Assembly: GCA_018061685.1 (NCBI GenBank)
Contig: JAGOTR010000003.1
Location: 1-51,247, forward strand
Source: Candidatus Magasanikiibacteriota bacterium
Lineage (GTDB): Bacteria > Patescibacteriota > Patescibacteriia > Magasanikbacterales > UBA922
Direction: 5' to 3'
DNA: 51,247 nt
This document shows, in pieces, positions 33,701-41,891 of this stretch; positions within the stretch are counted from its first letter, which is position 1, and each line of letters opens with the position of its first letter. The notes below the pieces were generated by a model. It was not told the DNA's origin. It was given only the letters and a program-made list of their open reading frames with translations, and ran no database searches. A program made the translations under genes and the position numbers.

Positions 33701-36016
33701 GATGCAGGTGGAAATAAACTGTCTCAAAGTGTAGACGGAGAAACCACGAGCTTTGCCTACGATGCATTGAACCGTGTCACGACACAAACCAATCCAGGCA
33801 ATAGTGTGGAATCATACACTTATGATCGAGAAGGGCATGTGCTCTCGTTTACCGATGCAAAAAATCAAACGACCAGTTATGCCTATGATGCACTGGGGAG
33901 AATGACAGTGAAAACTCCCGCATCAAACGATTGGGTGCAATACCAATACAATAATTGGGGTATGCCAACGCAAATTGCAGAGAACGATACATTCATCCGA
34001 AACTTTGTGTACAACAGAGAAAATAATGTGACAGAGGAATCGCATATATTTACTACACAAGGTGGTCCAGTAGTAAAACGAATACAACGCACCTACAATG
34101 CAGCACAAGAAGTCACATCACTCATCGATCCCGCCAACCGTGCCTTTGATTATGTATACAATAATCGAGGCTTACTGTCTCGTGTGAATTATGGTGCCAC
34201 CGCTTTGGCACAATACACCTACACCCCATTTGGCAACGTTGCAGCCACTACATTTGGTAATGGTGTGCGTACCACCTATGGCTATGATGCACTGCACCGC
34301 ATGGATGACATGCATGTACAAACTGCAGGCAACCAAACACTCTTACGCCAGGCATATAGCTATGACGCTGGGGGAAACAGACTTGAATTACAAGAAACAT
34401 TTGTGAATGAAAACGGAGACGCTGCCAACCGTACTGTTCGGTATGCCTACGATGATATTGATCAACTCACGAGTGTGAACTACACCGACCGTGGTGCTGG
34501 AAACGATCTGACGTTTGCGTATGACGCAAAAGGAAATAGAACAACTGCTACCGCACCATTTGGGAGCGTAAATTATGGCTACAATAATGCTGGGCAATTA
34601 ACCGGTGTGAATCAAAATAGCAGAATGTCGGTTGCGTCGAGCTATGACCCAAATGGCAGTCTGACCCAAGAAGTATATCGCCGCCAAGGCAGAGATGTGC
34701 AACAAGTGGCATACACCTGGGACGCTGAAAATCGTTTGGCCGGTATTACCTATACCGACATGTCTCGACCAAATTATTTGCCAGACCTTGCGCAAAATGA
34801 ATTAAGTTTTGTGTACGACAACAGTGGCAATAGAATTAAAAAACAAGCCAATGATGAGGCCACATATTATGTAAACACAGGCTTGACTGTGTTGAGTGAA
34901 TTAAACGGCCAAACACTTGCCGTGGATAAAACATTGATCCCAGGTGTTGGTACTGTTGCCGAACTTGAGGGAGACGGAACACTTTCGTATGTGCATAGTG
35001 ATGTATTAGGTTCCACCGTGCTTATGACCAATGCACAAGGCGCTGTAACAGCGGAGTATGACTATGATGTGTTTGGGTCGCTCTTGGGTATGAAGGGCTC
35101 AAGTAGTACGGGGTACTTGTTTACTGGCCAAGAATTTGATCCTGAGTCAAATTTGTATTATTACAATGCACGGTATTACAGCCCAACATTAGGACGATTT
35201 ATTTCTCGTGATGTATACTTGGGCGAGGCAGGGGATTCGCTGAGTCGGAATCGGTATGTGTATGTGAAGAATAATCCTATTAAGTTTGTGGATCCTAGTG
35301 GAAATGTTTGGGAAACTCCTTGGGATATCGGTAATATAATATATGATCTGGGAAAAGGCGTAAAAAATACTCTTGAAGTTGCGTATCACGGTGCTGGTAT
35401 TGTGATAAATTATGTTGGGGAAAATGATGAAGAAGATATTGCCTATCATAACGAGAAGGCGGCTCAAGATTTGAAACAATTAGGGAATGCTGGTGTTGAT
35501 CTAGCATTTGATTTTGGAGCAACGCTTGTTCCTTTTCTTCCTGCGGGGTCAACAAAAGCTGTTCGGTATGCTGATGACGTAGTCGATGCTGGGAAAGTAA
35601 TAAAAAATAGTAAACCAGTTGAAGGCATATATCAATTTACAACTAAAGATGGATTAGATTATGTGGGTCAATCACAAGATATTACGAAGAGACTGCAACA
35701 ACACATGAAATCTGGAAAATTGGATGCCAATGATTTATTACAGGTCAAAGTAAAAGAAGTTCCTGGAGGAAAAACACAAAGAGAAATTGCCGAACAGATG
35801 AGAATTAATGAGTTAGGTGGTATTGATAAATTGTCGAATAAAGTAAATCCAATTGGCCCGAATAGACAACAGTTATTACCAAAATCAACAGGCGGACCAA
35901 ATATAGTACCGGTTGTGATCCCTCTTCCATTCAATAAACCAGAGGAACTAAAAAAATCAGGTCAACAGTCTACAGAAAGAAAAACGAGAGCTTTGATAAA
36001 ACAAGATAATAAGTAA
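27770..36016 (+). CDS. Rhs/YD-repeat polymorphic toxin (WapA-like, Sec signal peptide) with a C-terminal GIY-YIG nuclease module
   Basis: 2748 aa. Signal peptide MLYTLFRKSLFVFMAVMTGFMPVAPVLATT. Two CARDB-like units (PDLRIQNNAIDDTTVTPGQVVNLSLDVINSGN; PNLVPEQNAVDDNTVFTGQQVTASTRVFNRG). A PPC-like unit (EPNNTSGTATNLG...GDQDWFVF). DPVNLRTGSFEF shell start. Dozens of YD repeats (Y.YDA.GN...). Rhs core end YYYNARYYSPTLGRFISRD...NRYVYVKNNPIKFVDPSGN. Confidence 0.92.
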   Translation: MLYTLFRKSLFVFMAVMTGFMPVAPVLATTALESSSESTEVQSLTFTPQETIPPIETVTLEPSGLEEDTIEIPSPLTIVPEEILTPSSPEELTIVLDIPTSTTPDVDTLVLQEQTETSFFATIQETVSDIVTTVEEAVEETIDEAVQFFSYAWYSTVNSLSGLPPELPEEAFNVVDSVTDVAYLPDGKHVYREFLSPRFLYHENGQWKARPADWHAFSEITESQLAPNTQGYSYQAPGETALTIGAGTLSVGTQDISPGQANFSQYEKNGYTVSAYEGVYPGIDVIFQDSSVLRQRSIVIHETAGRSFTNDVTFWEEYVIPAGTVVRTSSGEAISDSRDITGDHVSFELPSGFVFGVSDAIVFDASAQTPDEIDISPSLETVSSRIEIDSASGIARIGLTIPATYLQDAVRKYPVTIDPNYYFCQTATPHSVEQLPGVQCSGGITDLYLRYLASRETGTGDLFLGYYSGDPAGPATRQPVVKFSLAAIPAGHQITSASLQLYKSRNGLGNFNGDINTIARRITVDWNINNVTYQLIRPGLVNLGQSVVQTGVNGWYVWSVTAAAQSWYATPLQNYGLLVEPTPAWNAGAVPAWPNRLAIFSSSRNGDTNGPYLLVQTQVAQPDLRIQNNAIDDTTVTPGQVVNLSLDVINSGNAATNQQGSVYYYFKKDSRLYEEQYRVGSDTYPGLAVNTFSSETFQFTIPAGAEPGTYYLYSFVDPTGLFVESNENNNTAFHTITVSSPNLPNLVPEQNAVDDNTVFTGQQVTASTRVFNRGAAGAGNTSVLRYYLSTNQTYDANDTYLNQQDTVDNLAVGASNFESALVTIPNVAAGTYYILFRADYDNQIPESNENDNVGFVQVTVSIPIDPLEPNNTSGTATNLGALVNYNNNQTLLTAGDQDWFVFRYNNQNYYVKVAGLNANTAGDYNVSFSLVGNRLTAETLRRTGGTDTTLTLYGPDLLQLDYNDDVDNTLFSRIVYDLPLGGYCGGQCGGGGNPPPSENLPDQDNDTFADVEEAYGGTPIQNPNQRASLYNIGNPVLYSKVADKTANNYGADPVNLRTGSFEFIQQDFVLSGRGVPIEFTRTYNSLVTDKDSRLGNGWDFSQNFFYYQDPDTGNVQIYFGGSRVSSFSSNDGGQTFVAEKGNFDTLFWENNAIVYRTLEGIRYEFTNRLTSQLGILERIRDTNGNVTEFTYMVRRDVPLITQIRDASGRVVEFTYGAEDAANWQRIESLRERANQNQAEQRVILFTYNGSGNLIRVRDNKSFEGVTETSDRQYAYDANNRLTQYTDPRGTILYNEYDANGRVIRQREYNPRVDAAGSSRLVWELSYAGGRGDAPGSVACTTVTYHRSAASSYTEVSCFNADGLKVFFQDGAGASEKWTYDNNGMAQTYQDKNGNTTSYTHDARRRLTLEVLPETAWYTEVAYAYENNFNRLVRATERYRAANAPEDPLQLREKQFLYDNEHGNLTEARDYLGRAEFFAYDQYGNVIQFTNKNGHITSYVYDAQGNYRIRESIQAQVLDGEDMNVVKSYQYDPYGNVTVYTDPAGGLWQYAYDTRNNLRRTVDPLGAVRQYRYDAEDNKIQEINERGFITNYVYDQDIEASLLSIEQVGANGDASRITRFERDYLGTLVREIDPRGNATVYTHNGANLLTQKQMPQDTIVYAYDGVGNVIRETNSLGQQVAYQYDARNKRTQSQTQSDAGLVTVTTQYDAFSRPILVTDPNNSVHGYTYDAMDRVVSEVDALGGVTSYTYDAIGNKRSVLLPRAQADLALRNAQGNSVTYEYDSLRRLVRETNADNKQTLYFYDTRGNLIRTIDRQNANGTDNTHVTTYTYDAVNRNITKTMPEGGVTQMEYDGVGNMTRMTDAMNRATVYGYDTFNAQKTVTDAAGNQTAFTFDTAGNVTRTTYPDNTSVSVVYDTANRPIQVTDADNNTEVTTYDSSSNVVALQNRRGEITTFVYDASNRLIRETNPQNTATLYTYDAGGNKLSQSVDGETTSFAYDALNRVTTQTNPGNSVESYTYDREGHVLSFTDAKNQTTSYAYDALGRMTVKTPASNDWVQYQYNNWGMPTQIAENDTFIRNFVYNRENNVTEESHIFTTQGGPVVKRIQRTYNAAQEVTSLIDPANRAFDYVYNNRGLLSRVNYGATALAQYTYTPFGNVAATTFGNGVRTTYGYDALHRMDDMHVQTAGNQTLLRQAYSYDAGGNRLELQETFVNENGDAANRTVRYAYDDIDQLTSVNYTDRGAGNDLTFAYDAKGNRTTATAPFGSVNYGYNNAGQLTGVNQNSRMSVASSYDPNGSLTQEVYRRQGRDVQQVAYTWDAENRLAGITYTDMSRPNYLPDLAQNELSFVYDNSGNRIKKQANDEATYYVNTGLTVLSELNGQTLAVDKTLIPGVGTVAELEGDGTLSYVHSDVLGSTVLMTNAQGAVTAEYDYDVFGSLLGMKGSSSTGYLFTGQEFDPESNLYYYNARYYSPTLGRFISRDVYLGEAGDSLSRNRYVYVKNNPIKFVDPSGNVWETPWDIGNIIYDLGKGVKNTLEVAYHGAGIVINYVGENDEEDIAYHNEKAAQDLKQLGNAGVDLAFDFGATLVPFLPAGSTKAVRYADDVVDAGKVIKNSKPVEGIYQFTTKDGLDYVGQSQDITKRLQQHMKSGKLDANDLLQVKVKEVPGGKTQREIAEQMRINELGGIDKLSNKVNPIGPNRQQLLPKSTGGPNIVPVVIPLPFNKPEELKKSGQQSTERKTRALIKQDNK
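30919..35305 (+). other. YD-repeat shell and RHS-repeat-associated core (domain within the Rhs CDS)
   Basis: Runs from ADPVNLRTGSF to the PxxxxDPSGN boundary motif (GAT CCT AGT GGA AAT at 35291-35305). Confidence 0.85.
35306..36013 (+). other. Variable C-terminal toxin module (236 aa): linker plus GIY-YIG nuclease domain
   Basis: Directly after DPSGN. GIYQFTTKDGLDYVGQSQDITKRLQQH...KTQREIAEQMRINE...SNKVN carries the GIY, YVG, Arg, Glu and Asn landmarks of GIY-YIG nucleases (GIY begins at 35624). Visibly more AT-rich than the shell. Confidence 0.75.
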
Positions 36017-36880
36017 ATGATTATTATGAAGAATAACTTTATTATTGAGCCAGGCCTATACAAAGATCAAATCATTTTGACCGGTTCTTGGACAAAAGAT
36101 GTTGAGGCATATATTCGTCAGCATGGAATTACTGAATTATGTCTCAATCATGCAAAAGGATGGACGGGGGATTCAATTGATTTCCTTGAAACGATAGCAG
36201 ATCAAATAGAGGTTTTTACCCTTTTGGATTTTCACATAAAAGATATTACACCGATTCATTTACTCCGCAATCTTAAGAGTATTGATATTCAAACTTATTG
36301 CAATACAAAACTCGATTTTTCCAATTTTCCCAAATTGAAAAAATGCGGGTTTTATTGGAGAAAAAATGTTGTATTAGGTGTGCTCCCCTCTATTGAAGAT
36401 TTGTTTATATACAAATATAAACATGAGGATCTTTCGTTGCTATATGGACTAAAAAATTTACGACGTTTGCGAATTAAATTTTCATCTCAATTAGATTCGT
36501 TGAAGGGTATTAATTCGTTAGCACACTTAGAAGTTTTGGAATTAGCTCTTTGTTCTAAATTGGAGTCTCTTGATGAGGTATGGAAATTAGGTTCGTTGAA
36601 AGAACTCGCCCTTGATACATGTAAAAAAGTTTCAAATATCAAAGGGATTGAATCATTACACCAGCTTCGCAAATTAGCGTTAAATAATTGTGGAAAAATT
36701 GATAGCTTGAAACCGATTGCTACATTAAGAAATCTGGAGGAAGTCTATTTTTATGAGTCTACGAATGTTGAAGATGGAGATATTAATTTTTTGCTCGACT
36801 TACCTCTGTTAAAAAAAATAGCCTATCAAGATAGAAAACATTATTCATTAAAAAGGGATGTCTTTGAGAAAAAATTATAA
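36017..36880 (+). CDS. Leucine-rich-repeat protein, candidate cognate immunity protein
   Basis: The ATG abuts the Rhs stop (TAA ATG). 287 aa, no signal peptide. About 7 LRRs of 22-23 aa (LKNLRRLRIKFSSQLDSLKGINSLAHLEVLELALCSKLESLDEVWKLGSLKELALDTCKKVSNIKGIESLHQLRKLALNNCGKIDSLKPIATLRNLEEVYF). Confidence 0.7.
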   Translation: MIIMKNNFIIEPGLYKDQIILTGSWTKDVEAYIRQHGITELCLNHAKGWTGDSIDFLETIADQIEVFTLLDFHIKDITPIHLLRNLKSIDIQTYCNTKLDFSNFPKLKKCGFYWRKNVVLGVLPSIEDLFIYKYKHEDLSLLYGLKNLRRLRIKFSSQLDSLKGINSLAHLEVLELALCSKLESLDEVWKLGSLKELALDTCKKVSNIKGIESLHQLRKLALNNCGKIDSLKPIATLRNLEEVYFYESTNVEDGDINFLLDLPLLKKIAYQDRKHYSLKRDVFEKKL

Positions 36881-36897
36881 TTTTTCTTTAGAGCTGT

Positions 36898-37125
36898 ATG
36901 TATATAGAAGCAATAATTATCATGATACTATTCGCCATTATTCCTTTTTCAAAAAAGATAATGTCTATCATAGATAAACCTTTTCAGATTATGTGGTATT
37001 TATCACCAACGAACGCCCCCCTTGAAAGAATGTTTGGTAAACATATTCGAATGTGGGTTTTGAAAGGGATATTTTGGGGAGTAAGTTTCATTATATTATT
37101 GTTTGTATTAGGTATTTTAAGATGA
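36898..37125 (+). CDS. Small two-helix membrane protein (75 aa), unknown
   Basis: MYIEAIIIMILFAIIPF...GIFWGVSFIILLFVLGIL. Lies in a very AT-rich stretch continuous with the toxin/immunity cassette. Confidence 0.45.
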   Translation: MYIEAIIIMILFAIIPFSKKIMSIIDKPFQIMWYLSPTNAPLERMFGKHIRMWVLKGIFWGVSFIILLFVLGILR

Positions 37126-37138
37126 TCTTTCGTTTTGT

Positions 37139-37387
37139 ATGAAATCAATAGTTATCTTAGTCCTCATCACTATGCTGTTTATACTAATTGCACAATCAAA
37201 CAAAATTATTCATTCTCTGAAAAAGATTTTTGGAATGATATTGGGTCTCTTTGCATTTAGTGCAAGTGTTACTCTCAAAGAAGTCATGGATGAAAAATCT
37301 ACTACCAAAATAATGAAAGCAGTGTTGTATACATTTGCAGTATTATCGGCGATAATTGCGATTATACTTATTATGACAGGGGTATAA
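37139..37387 (+). CDS. Small three-helix membrane protein (82 aa), unknown
   Basis: MKSIVILVLITMLFILIA...GMILGLFAFSASV...AVLYTFAVLSAIIAIILIMTG. Confidence 0.45.
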   Translation: MKSIVILVLITMLFILIAQSNKIIHSLKKIFGMILGLFAFSASVTLKEVMDEKSTTKIMKAVLYTFAVLSAIIAIILIMTGV

Positions 37388-37428
37388 CGTACACATTATT
37401 TATCAATTTTTTAAAAATAATAAGTAGT

Positions 37429-38928
37429 ATGAAATCTCTCAATCGTTTTAGTCTCATCATTTGTGCAGTTCTCTTCGTTCTTGCACCGAATATAACGCAC
37501 GCCGCTCCCGAAACAGAACGCCTGGTCAAAACCGCCAACGACCACCGCGTTTTTTTGGTAAAAAATAATCGACGCATTCACATTCCAAATCCATCTGTCT
37601 TTGAAGCCGGCGGGTACTTGTGGACAGATTTACGCGTTATTTCTGAAAAAGACATGAATGCAATTCGGAATACCGCCCTAATCAAATCCCCAGTCGATGC
37701 AAAAGTATATTTAATTAAAGACGGGCAAAAAGCATGGATTCCCGACGAAGAAACATTTTTAGGTGCCGGTCTTTCATGGAACGACATTGTGGTTATTCGT
37801 CAAGAACAAGTCAATTTTTACCCAGAAATTGATTTTCACCAAAAAGATGCACAAGAGATTGCCGTTGTTCGCCCATTGCAAGGCACCACCAGTCAAAAAG
37901 TTGAGGCATATAAAAATAGTTTGGTTCGACCTGTCGAATTTGCATCTATTCAAACATTGGGAAGCCTTCGCCCTGAATCGGTGTACACCGAACCGTATGC
38001 AATAAACAATGTCGGGCAAGTCGTGGGAATGTCTTTGGTGACCGGTAAAAATGCGAGTCATCCTTTTTTGTGGGAGAACGGCGTGTTGAAAGATATTGGA
38101 ACACTTCGAGGCGGAGATCTTGGCGGTGGCATGGCGCTTGATATTAATGACGCAGGAACTATTGTTGGATTTTCTGCTGTTTCCGCATCATCTGATAACA
38201 CCTATCTGTTCTATTATGATGCAACGGGCATTCATTCACTCGCCATGGGTGGTGGTGGCCCTATTCGGCTCAATAGTCGAGGCGATATATCATTTATTAA
38301 AACAGTGAACGATGCCACTATTCAAGGTGGCGTGATTCGTGATGGTAAGAGAACATTGTATAACGAGGAGGTTGCTGGTGTCACACCAGAAGGAATCGTC
38401 GTAAAAGAAATAGCGAAGACCCCATCAACGTATGACATTGTCCTTTCTTCAGGAAATATCAATACGCCTATTGTGTTTGACCCGAGTGCTCCGAATCATC
38501 GGGTACAAGGTGTGAATGATAAAGGCGATATTATTGGCTACGCCGAAACACCAGGAACTGCCGTCCACGGATTTTTATATACCAATGGCACATTTGTTGA
38601 TTTGGGTGAAGGAGTGAAGCCTATAGCACTCAATAATATTCAAGATGTTTTGGTCGAAAAAGTGCTCACATTTCCATCTGGTGGACGTGCTATGGGGCCT
38701 GCGTTGTGGAGAAACGGAGAATTTTTTCCGCTTCTTGATTTGTTGCCACCTGGTACACCTTGGGCAGATATTACCGCAACCGATATTAATGATCTCGGAC
38801 AAATTGTTGGGTTTGGAAGTACGAGTGAGCTTGAAGGAAAGCAAGGATTTATTATGACACTCCCAGAGGTTGTGCGTGCCAAAGTGATTTCGCCAGAACC
38901 CCTAAGCGATGAACAAGAAGATATTTAA
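37429..38928 (+). CDS. Secreted HAF-repeat-type protein with two N-terminal 40-aa repeats
   Basis: Signal peptide MKSLNRFSLIICAVLFVLAPNITHA. Repeats AINNVGQVVGMS...HPFLWENGVLKDIGTL...ALDINDAGTIVGFS...GVNDKGDIIGYA...HGFLYTNGTFVDLG...TDINDLGQIVGFG match the extracellular HAF-repeat pattern. Confidence 0.7.
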   Translation: MKSLNRFSLIICAVLFVLAPNITHAAPETERLVKTANDHRVFLVKNNRRIHIPNPSVFEAGGYLWTDLRVISEKDMNAIRNTALIKSPVDAKVYLIKDGQKAWIPDEETFLGAGLSWNDIVVIRQEQVNFYPEIDFHQKDAQEIAVVRPLQGTTSQKVEAYKNSLVRPVEFASIQTLGSLRPESVYTEPYAINNVGQVVGMSLVTGKNASHPFLWENGVLKDIGTLRGGDLGGGMALDINDAGTIVGFSAVSASSDNTYLFYYDATGIHSLAMGGGGPIRLNSRGDISFIKTVNDATIQGGVIRDGKRTLYNEEVAGVTPEGIVVKEIAKTPSTYDIVLSSGNINTPIVFDPSAPNHRVQGVNDKGDIIGYAETPGTAVHGFLYTNGTFVDLGEGVKPIALNNIQDVLVEKVLTFPSGGRAMGPALWRNGEFFPLLDLLPPGTPWADITATDINDLGQIVGFGSTSELEGKQGFIMTLPEVVRAKVISPEPLSDEQEDI

Positions 38929-38955
38929 CCATTTATTTATTTCCGTTGAATCCAT

Positions 38956-41772
38956 ATGACATACCGCATCATGATTTCAATCGTTTTGTGTCTGGGCTGG
39001 GCCGTGCCTGCACTTGCGCGAGAAGCATATTTTACGCCGGCCTTGGGCGATGTATTGCCTGCCGTTGTCGGCGACGAACGAGCCTACACCACCGACGATG
39101 GGGGCATAGCACTTTCTGCCTATAGCGGAGATGTGGTGCCCAATTTTCCATTATTTGTTGCAGAGAGTGTCGTTGCCTCATCACCCTTGATTGCCGATGT
39201 ACAAGGTGATGGTACGTTTGAAATTATTTTTCTTGCTCGAAGTGAACAAAATCAATATGCACTTTATGGCTATACTGGTGCAGGCGTCTCTGTTGCAACT
39301 GTGAATCTTGGCGGCACGGACGTGTTTGCCGACCTTGTGGCAGTAGAACGTGTTGCGGGTGGAAGTGACATATTTGTTATGGACGATAGTGGCAGCATAA
39401 AAAGAATTCGTTTTTCAAATAATCAATTTGTGGTTGCCAATATCGCAAACATTGGTGGACCGGGTGCACTTGCCGTAAGCACAAGTGGCGACGAATTGTA
39501 TATATCGATCGCAGAAGAAAATCGTGTGCTTGTGTATGTACGAAATGGCGATGGGTGGCAACAAGGCAGAGTCTTGAATACCAATTCACCAGTGATATAC
39601 CCACTCCTCGACGGTGGCGACGGACATGTGTATGGCGTGAATCGAGATGGCAATATTGTCGCACTTTCTACTCAAAATGGGGCTATGAAAGCAGGGTTCC
39701 CTGTTGATGCGTCACTCCCATTGGGTCAACTTACTCGTGCCGAACTTTCGGACGCTCATGCAGGAAAAGAACTGGTAGCCCCACTTCAAAACGGAAAACA
39801 ACTTGTGTTGACCACGAGCGGTGTGGTGGTAGAAGAAGCAGGGGAACAGTCGTTTGTGTCTCAATCATTGTCTGTCCAAGATCCGTCAAGCACCGGATTG
39901 TTCCGTGGACTTCGCTCTCGCTTGGGGAGTATTTTGACTCAAGCACAAGAAGTGATTATTTCAGCACTCACTCGTATTCGTATTGCCTTTCAAGAACGTT
40001 CTGCTGAAATAGCACTCACCTCTGGTGGCCAGCCATATGAAAGTGGAGCCACTATTGATATGGGCATGGTGCAGGTGGGGCAAACGAGTGATATTGTGCT
40101 CACAATTCAAAATACGGCCGATGGAGTATTACATCTTTCTGGCAATCCACGAGTGACCCTCGCGGGTGATGCAGCGTTTTCTGTATCGCAACAACCAATT
40201 GCTTTTGTTCAACCGGGTGCACAAACGCAGGCAACGATTCGGTTTACGCCAGCACAAGCCGGTGCTGTTCAAGCTGTTGTAACCATACGAAATAACGATG
40301 AAAATGAAGATCCGTTTACCTTGACGATTTCTGCACAAGGCGTGAATAATTTGGTGGTGGATGGTTTTATGGAACAAGCTGGTGTGGCCAGTTGGCCATC
40401 GTATGGAACGCCACCTATAAAAGAAAAAAGTAATGTGGCATATCAAGGTGCACAAAGTTTACATATCAATACCATAGGAAGTCGTGGGGGAGTATATCAA
40501 TCAAATATTCCGGTTGAAGCAGGTGAGTGGTATCGATATTCGTTTTATTACAAACACAATGGACAAGTAAGTACATTTTTAAGTATTAGTTTGCCAAATT
40601 CAGATTATGAAAATGCGCCAGCGCAATTACCTCCAACAGGCGATACGTGGGTGTATTATGAACGTGTATTTCAAATTCCAAATAATTATGTGAGTAAATT
40701 CCGACCGGTTATTGGAACGGTGAATGCCGATCTGTATATTGATAGCATGATCATTGAGCCTATTGCTGCACCACTGTTAGTCCAGGATGGCGATATGCAA
40801 GCAAATCATATGAATTATTGGGTACGGTATGGGCTTCCTGATGTATTAGAAAAGCGAGAAGATGGTGGGCAAAATCAGTATGTATTTGTACAAAAATTAA
40901 ATGGAAATGGGGGTGTTCAGCAAACCAATATTTTGGTTGAACCAGATCAAACCTACATTCTCAGATTCCGATACCAATTTGAACAAGGAAAACAACTACG
41001 TGCCATGTTGAATTTACGTTCTATCAATGCAAATGGTGATTTTGAAGAATTTTATAGAAATATTCCAAAAACACAAAACGGAGAATGGTCATGGTATGAG
41101 CGACAATTTACTATTCCAGAAAATACGGTCGATGCATTATCACTACGTATCACGGGCATGTCAGAATCAGGGCAACTTATGAGATTTTCTCTTGATGATG
41201 TGTCAATCACACGGGTGGAAGATCCACTATTAGTTCGAGATGGAGACATGGAATTGGTTGATCTTGCTGCCTGGGGAGACTATGGGGCTCTTCTTGAAAA
41301 GAGAAAAGATGCGGATGCTCATGCTGGGGCACAGTCACTCTATATTGCCAGAGACACAAACGTTGCAAATAATTTGGGTGTACAACAAATCATTCCTGTT
41401 GAAGCCGGACAACAATATCGATTCAGATTTTGGTATAAAACAAATACCGGTGTGATTCCTATTCTTGGAACAGCAAATACAGATTATGAAAATACTGCGA
41501 CCTACCTGTATCCAAGTAACAATTGGAGACAATACGAACGTACGTTTACGGCACCGCAAAACGTGGATCAATTCCGTATGCTCTTTGTTGCTGATAGATT
41601 CTATTACGATATTCCAAGCGTAGGAGCCTATAGTGTGTACTTTGTTGATGCTCAAGGCGTATCGTTTATAGACGGTGTCCGTCGCGATGGCCTTGGGCCA
41701 AATGATATTGTGGTACAGCAACCAGCCAACCCACATCTTTGGATTGATGATGTGACATTGGAACGCTTGTAA
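38956..41772 (+). CDS. Secreted 938-aa protein: FG-GAP/VCBS-like N-terminal region, an ASH/choice-of-anchor-D-like Ig domain and four CBM4/9-like jelly-roll repeats
   Basis: Signal peptide MTYRIMISIVLCLGWAVPALA. SSPLIADVQGDGTFEIIF is FG-GAP-like. IDMGMVQVGQTSDIVLTIQNTADGVLHLSG...ATIRFTPAQAGAVQAVVTIRNND is ASH-like. Four modules begin LVVDGFMEQ, LLVQDGDMQ, LLVRDGDME etc., each with GAQSL...VEAG.(Y/W)YR(F/Y)(S/R)F(Y/W)YK. Confidence 0.8.
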   Translation: MTYRIMISIVLCLGWAVPALAREAYFTPALGDVLPAVVGDERAYTTDDGGIALSAYSGDVVPNFPLFVAESVVASSPLIADVQGDGTFEIIFLARSEQNQYALYGYTGAGVSVATVNLGGTDVFADLVAVERVAGGSDIFVMDDSGSIKRIRFSNNQFVVANIANIGGPGALAVSTSGDELYISIAEENRVLVYVRNGDGWQQGRVLNTNSPVIYPLLDGGDGHVYGVNRDGNIVALSTQNGAMKAGFPVDASLPLGQLTRAELSDAHAGKELVAPLQNGKQLVLTTSGVVVEEAGEQSFVSQSLSVQDPSSTGLFRGLRSRLGSILTQAQEVIISALTRIRIAFQERSAEIALTSGGQPYESGATIDMGMVQVGQTSDIVLTIQNTADGVLHLSGNPRVTLAGDAAFSVSQQPIAFVQPGAQTQATIRFTPAQAGAVQAVVTIRNNDENEDPFTLTISAQGVNNLVVDGFMEQAGVASWPSYGTPPIKEKSNVAYQGAQSLHINTIGSRGGVYQSNIPVEAGEWYRYSFYYKHNGQVSTFLSISLPNSDYENAPAQLPPTGDTWVYYERVFQIPNNYVSKFRPVIGTVNADLYIDSMIIEPIAAPLLVQDGDMQANHMNYWVRYGLPDVLEKREDGGQNQYVFVQKLNGNGGVQQTNILVEPDQTYILRFRYQFEQGKQLRAMLNLRSINANGDFEEFYRNIPKTQNGEWSWYERQFTIPENTVDALSLRITGMSESGQLMRFSLDDVSITRVEDPLLVRDGDMELVDLAAWGDYGALLEKRKDADAHAGAQSLYIARDTNVANNLGVQQIIPVEAGQQYRFRFWYKTNTGVIPILGTANTDYENTATYLYPSNNWRQYERTFTAPQNVDQFRMLFVADRFYYDIPSVGAYSVYFVDAQGVSFIDGVRRDGLGPNDIVVQQPANPHLWIDDVTLERL

Positions 41773-41853
41773 AAACTATATGCGGATATACGGATAATGC
41801 AGATTTACGGATATATAGTACATTCGTTATCTCACAGCTGTATTATCCAAAAA

Positions 41854-41883
41854 AACTCTCTTCGTTCCTCGGAGAGAGTTTTT
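41854..41883 (+). terminator. Intrinsic terminator after the 938-aa gene
   Basis: AACTCTCT-11 nt-AGAGAGTT followed by TTTT, with an A-run upstream. Confidence 0.7.
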
Positions 41884-41891
41884 GTATTATA

